Shown: positions 60,863 through 64,000 of the stretch, in pieces
How positions within the stretch are numbered: position 1 is the first letter of the stretch
How the letters are laid out: every line of letters begins with the position of its first letter
Assembly (NCBI GenBank): GCA_023663365.1
Contig: JAMPHP010000001.1
Coordinates: 1,038,308 to 1,102,307 of the forward strand
Reading direction: 5' to 3'
Origin: Muribaculaceae bacterium
GTDB taxonomy: Bacteria > Bacteroidota > Bacteroidia > Bacteroidales > Muribaculaceae
Length of the DNA: 64,000 nucleotides
Program-made: the position numbers and the translations under genes
Notes under the pieces: model-generated
The model's database searches: none
The model's input: only the letters and a program-made list of their open reading frames with translations
Told to the model about the DNA's origin: nothing

Positions 60863-62518
60863 GTGAAAAACCAAAGAATGATTATGAAGAAACTGTTGAC
60901 CATACTCACACTCTGTGCAGCACCGGCAGCGATGGCCGCCGGCAGCGCTCCGCTTGTGTCGAACCCCGCCAACCTCAGCTCGGGTCAGTATGTCAACCCT
61001 GTGATACATGCCGACTACTCCGACCCCGACGTGGTGGCTGCTCCCGATGGCAAGACTTTCTATATGACGGCCTCGAGCTTCCAGTGTGCGCCGGGTCTGC
61101 CGATACTTAAGTCGGAAGATCTCGTCAACTGGACTCTCGTCAACCATGCCATCGATGCCGTGCCCCCGACCGACTTCTATGCCGCTGCACCGCGCCATGG
61201 CAAGGGTGTGTGGGCTCCGTGTATAAAGTATCACGGCGGCGAGTACTTCATCTATTGGGGCGATCCCGATTTCGGTATCTTCATGGTCAAGACCGACAAC
61301 CCCGAAGGGCGATGGAGCGAGCCCGTGCTCGTCAAGGCCGGAAAGGGTATGATTGACCCCACCCCACTGTGGGATGCCGACGGCAAAGCCTACCTGGCAA
61401 ATGCCTGGGCTGCATCGCGCGCAGGGTTCAACAGCATAATCACCATCAGCGAGATGAGTCCCGACGGCACAAAGCTGATCAGCAAACCGCGTGTGGTATT
61501 CGACGGTAACGACGGTGTGAACCACACCATAGAAGGACCGAAGCTCTATCGCCGTGGCGATTTCTACTATATCCTCGCCCCCGCCGGAGGTGTGGTCGAT
61601 GGCTGGCAGCTTGCTCTCCGCTCGCGCAACATCTACGGCCCCTACGAAGCCCGCATCGTCATGGCTCAGGGAGCATCGCCCTTCAACGGCCCTCATCAAG
61701 GCGCGTGGGTCACTACCGCCGAGGGCGACGACTGGTTTGTCCACTTTCAGGATAAAGGCGCCTATGGTCGCGTGATACATCTCAACCCCATGGAGTGGCG
61801 TGAGGACTGGCCCGTGATAGGCCTTGATAAAGACGGCGACGGCTGCGGCGATGCCGTGGTAAAAGGCAGCCGGCCACGCAAGGCTCCCGCACCGGCTATG
61901 GCTAAGGATCTATCGCCTCTTTTCCAGTGGCATGCCAACTATGCCGATTTCTTCGGCTTCCCCACCGCCGACGCTATGATGCGTGTCTATGGCCATATCG
62001 TCAGCCCCGGTTTCGTGAACCTGTGGGAGGTACCCAACCTCTGGCTCGCCAAGTTCCCGGCTGAAGAATTTACGGTGACATCCCGGCTGAGGGTGTCGGC
62101 CAAATCCACTTCCGAGGGCGTGTCGTCGGGCATGGTGGTGATGGGCTGGGACTACTGCCGCTTCGGTTTTGAGAAGAGTGGCGACAATTTTGTCCTTCGC
62201 CTGATTACCTGCACCGATGCCGAGCAGGGTGGGGCGGAGCATAGCACCGAAATAGCCACGTTGAAGCCCTCGCGAGTATATGCGGCCGGTCTGTATCCCA
62301 ATCTCGAGCTCGACGTATGGCTCAGACTTACTGTCGGCAAAGGTGGCGTATGCCGTTTTGCCTATAGCACCGATGGCCGGAAGTTTACCACCGCGCCTCA
62401 ATCGTTCACTGCCCGTGCCGGCAAGTGGATCGGAGCCAAATATGGCTTTTACTCCATAACTCCGGCCGGAGTAAGCGAGCGAGGATGGCTCGATGTGATT
62501 GATATTGAAGTAAAATAA
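60863..62518 (+). CDS. GH43-family glycoside hydrolase (beta-xylosidase/alpha-L-arabinofuranosidase type) with a C-terminal beta-sandwich
   Basis: …NPVIHADYSDPDVV…, …GVWAPCIKYH…, …IDPTPLWDADGKAYL…, …IEGPKLYRRGDFYYIL…. The start could instead be the Met at 60884. Confidence 0.88.
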   Translation: MKNQRMIMKKLLTILTLCAAPAAMAAGSAPLVSNPANLSSGQYVNPVIHADYSDPDVVAAPDGKTFYMTASSFQCAPGLPILKSEDLVNWTLVNHAIDAVPPTDFYAAAPRHGKGVWAPCIKYHGGEYFIYWGDPDFGIFMVKTDNPEGRWSEPVLVKAGKGMIDPTPLWDADGKAYLANAWAASRAGFNSIITISEMSPDGTKLISKPRVVFDGNDGVNHTIEGPKLYRRGDFYYILAPAGGVVDGWQLALRSRNIYGPYEARIVMAQGASPFNGPHQGAWVTTAEGDDWFVHFQDKGAYGRVIHLNPMEWREDWPVIGLDKDGDGCGDAVVKGSRPRKAPAPAMAKDLSPLFQWHANYADFFGFPTADAMMRVYGHIVSPGFVNLWEVPNLWLAKFPAEEFTVTSRLRVSAKSTSEGVSSGMVVMGWDYCRFGFEKSGDNFVLRLITCTDAEQGGAEHSTEIATLKPSRVYAAGLYPNLELDVWLRLTVGKGGVCRFAYSTDGRKFTTAPQSFTARAGKWIGAKYGFYSITPAGVSERGWLDVIDIEVK

Positions 62519-62544
62519 CAAGGTATATAAAGTATATTAAAACA

Positions 62545-63774
62545 ATGCGATTCTCACGATTATCCGCTCTTTCGTTTGGCATACTCATGCTTGCCGCTTC
62601 CTGTGGCAACACCGCAAGGGAGGCTCTCGATGTCGACGGAGCTTTATCATACTGCAGCCGTCAGGTGCACCGCTCACTCGATGAGCTGCGCACCGATAGC
62701 ATCGACTATTCGATGATGCCCCGCAACATTGCATCCGATGCTTCTGTCTGGCATTGCCGGAAGGCCACTCCCGACGAGTGGTGCGCCGGTTTCTGGCCGG
62801 GCGTGCTGTGGTATGAGTACGAGAACTCGCACGACGAGATTGTAAGGGAAGAGGCCGAGCAGTTCTCCGCCAGCCTTGAGTATCTGTCGCAGCGCCCGAT
62901 ATTCGACCACGACCTCGGATTTATCATGCTGTGCAGCTACGGCAATGCGTACAGGCTTACACAGAACCCGCACTTCAAGGATGTGCTCCTGGCTTCTGCC
63001 GACTCTCTTGCCACACTCTACAACCCCCACGTGGGCACCCTGCTTTCGTGGCCGCGCAATGTGGAGATGTTCGGAGGCCACAACACTATCATGGACAACA
63101 TGATCAACCTCGAGCTCCTCTTCTGGGCCGCCCGCAACGGTGGCGACCACCGCCTCTACGACATAGCCGTGAAGCACGCCGAGACGACTATGGAGCACCA
63201 CTTCCGCCCCGACTACTCCTGCTACCATGTGGCTGTCTACGACCCAGAGAGCGGCGACTTCCTCCGTGGTGTCACTCATCAGGGCTACTCCGACAGCTCC
63301 ATGTGGGCCCGTGGTCAGTCGTGGGCGATATATGGCTACACCATGGTATACCGCGAGACAAAAGACCCGCGCTTCCTCGACTTTGCCTGCAAGGTCACCG
63401 ATGTCTACCTCAAGCGACTCCCCGACGACTATGTGCCGTATTGGGACTTCGACGACCCCGCAATCCCCAATGCTCCTCGCGATGCTTCTGCAGCATGCGT
63501 TGTGGCATCGGCTCTGCTCGAGCTTCAGGCTTATTGCCCCGCGGAGAAGGCCCGCACATACAAGGATGCGGCTCTCAAGATGCTCTCGTCGCTCAGCTCC
63601 GACAAATACCTTTCCGGCGAGAAGCGCCCCTCATTCCTCGACCACTCCACCGGGCACCATCCCGCGGGCTCCGAAATTGATGCCTCCATCATCTACTCCG
63701 ACTATTATTATATAGAGGCTCTCACACGGTTCAAGCGCCTTGAGCGCAATAACGATGCCCTCGCTTCGTTATAA
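62545..63774 (+). CDS. GH88-family unsaturated glucuronyl hydrolase
   Basis: …GFWPGVLWY…, …HDLGFIM…, …HNTIMDNMINLELLFWAAR…, …RGQSWAIYGY…, …DASAACVVASALLEL…. Confidence 0.88.
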   Translation: MRFSRLSALSFGILMLAASCGNTAREALDVDGALSYCSRQVHRSLDELRTDSIDYSMMPRNIASDASVWHCRKATPDEWCAGFWPGVLWYEYENSHDEIVREEAEQFSASLEYLSQRPIFDHDLGFIMLCSYGNAYRLTQNPHFKDVLLASADSLATLYNPHVGTLLSWPRNVEMFGGHNTIMDNMINLELLFWAARNGGDHRLYDIAVKHAETTMEHHFRPDYSCYHVAVYDPESGDFLRGVTHQGYSDSSMWARGQSWAIYGYTMVYRETKDPRFLDFACKVTDVYLKRLPDDYVPYWDFDDPAIPNAPRDASAACVVASALLELQAYCPAEKARTYKDAALKMLSSLSSDKYLSGEKRPSFLDHSTGHHPAGSEIDASIIYSDYYYIEALTRFKRLERNNDALASL

Positions 63775-63800
63775 AGGCAAAACCGTTCAACTATATTGTG

Positions 63801-64000
63801 ATGAAAAACTTGTATTTGCCTTCCGCCCTCTGCCTCCTCGCCCTGTCGTGTACACCGACGCGCCCTTCGCTCGAAGTTGAGGTAAGCAACAGCGGCGATG
63901 TAGCCGCCGTGCAGACCGTGGAGCTCGACGCCCGCGCCGTGCTCGACCGCCTCGGTGCCGCACACTGCATAGTCCTCGACCCTTCCGGCGCTGAGATACC
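63801..64000 (+). CDS. Lipoprotein, DUF4861-like N-terminus (partial; runs off the window)
   Basis: MKNLYLPSALCLLALSC lipobox, then …LEVEVSNSGDVAAVQTVELDARAV…. This resembles the start of DUF4861 proteins often found next to GH88 genes. The frame is open to the window end. Confidence 0.5.
   Translation, partial: MKNLYLPSALCLLALSCTPTRPSLEVEVSNSGDVAAVQTVELDARAVLDRLGAAHCIVLDPSGAEI

Overview
The window has two parts. (A) About 1-28.7 kb is the right arm of an integrated temperate tailed phage. Its left end lies beyond the window start. Nearly all of its genes are on the minus strand. In order they form: a head and packaging module (capsid-side gene, scaffold, MuF head-morphogenesis protein, portal, large and small terminase); a replication and recombination module (ParB-methyltransferase, Vsr-like nuclease, SSB-like protein, primase-helicase, DUF4373-type initiator, SF2 helicase, YqaJ exonuclease, RecT-like annealase); a sigma-like regulator, an Xis-like HTH protein and a tRNA-like gene; then a plus-strand lysogeny module (XRE repressor, lipoprotein, two HTH proteins) and a tyrosine integrase at the right edge. 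A 3.4 kb plus-strand island interrupts the head module. (B) About 28.8-64 kb is visibly GC-richer Bacteroidota (Bacteroidales-like) chromosome. It carries mnmE, a secreted non-specific nuclease, bioF-bioA, rprY/rprX-like two-component genes, two paralogous T9SS-secreted beta-helix proteins, a propeller/Y_Y_Y-AraC membrane sensor, an ECF sigma factor, and a SusC/SusD polysaccharide utilisation locus with lyase-like and GH genes (heparinase II/III-like, GH127, GH97, GH43, GH88). The best candidate for a new system is in the phage. The MuF head protein carries a C-terminal R-S-E ADP-ribosyltransferase toxin domain, and it converges on a separately promoted ADP-ribosylglycohydrolase plus a coupled small ORF. 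This looks like a virion-delivered ART effector with an enzymatic antidote. Other points worth a second look are iteron arrays at two loci, a tRNA-like gene with a non-canonical central region, a 73-nt structured intergenic RNA candidate, two families of duplicated hairpin or palindrome elements, and a domain shared between a T9SS cargo protein and the PUL lipoprotein. All family assignments come from motifs read by eye. No database search was run.
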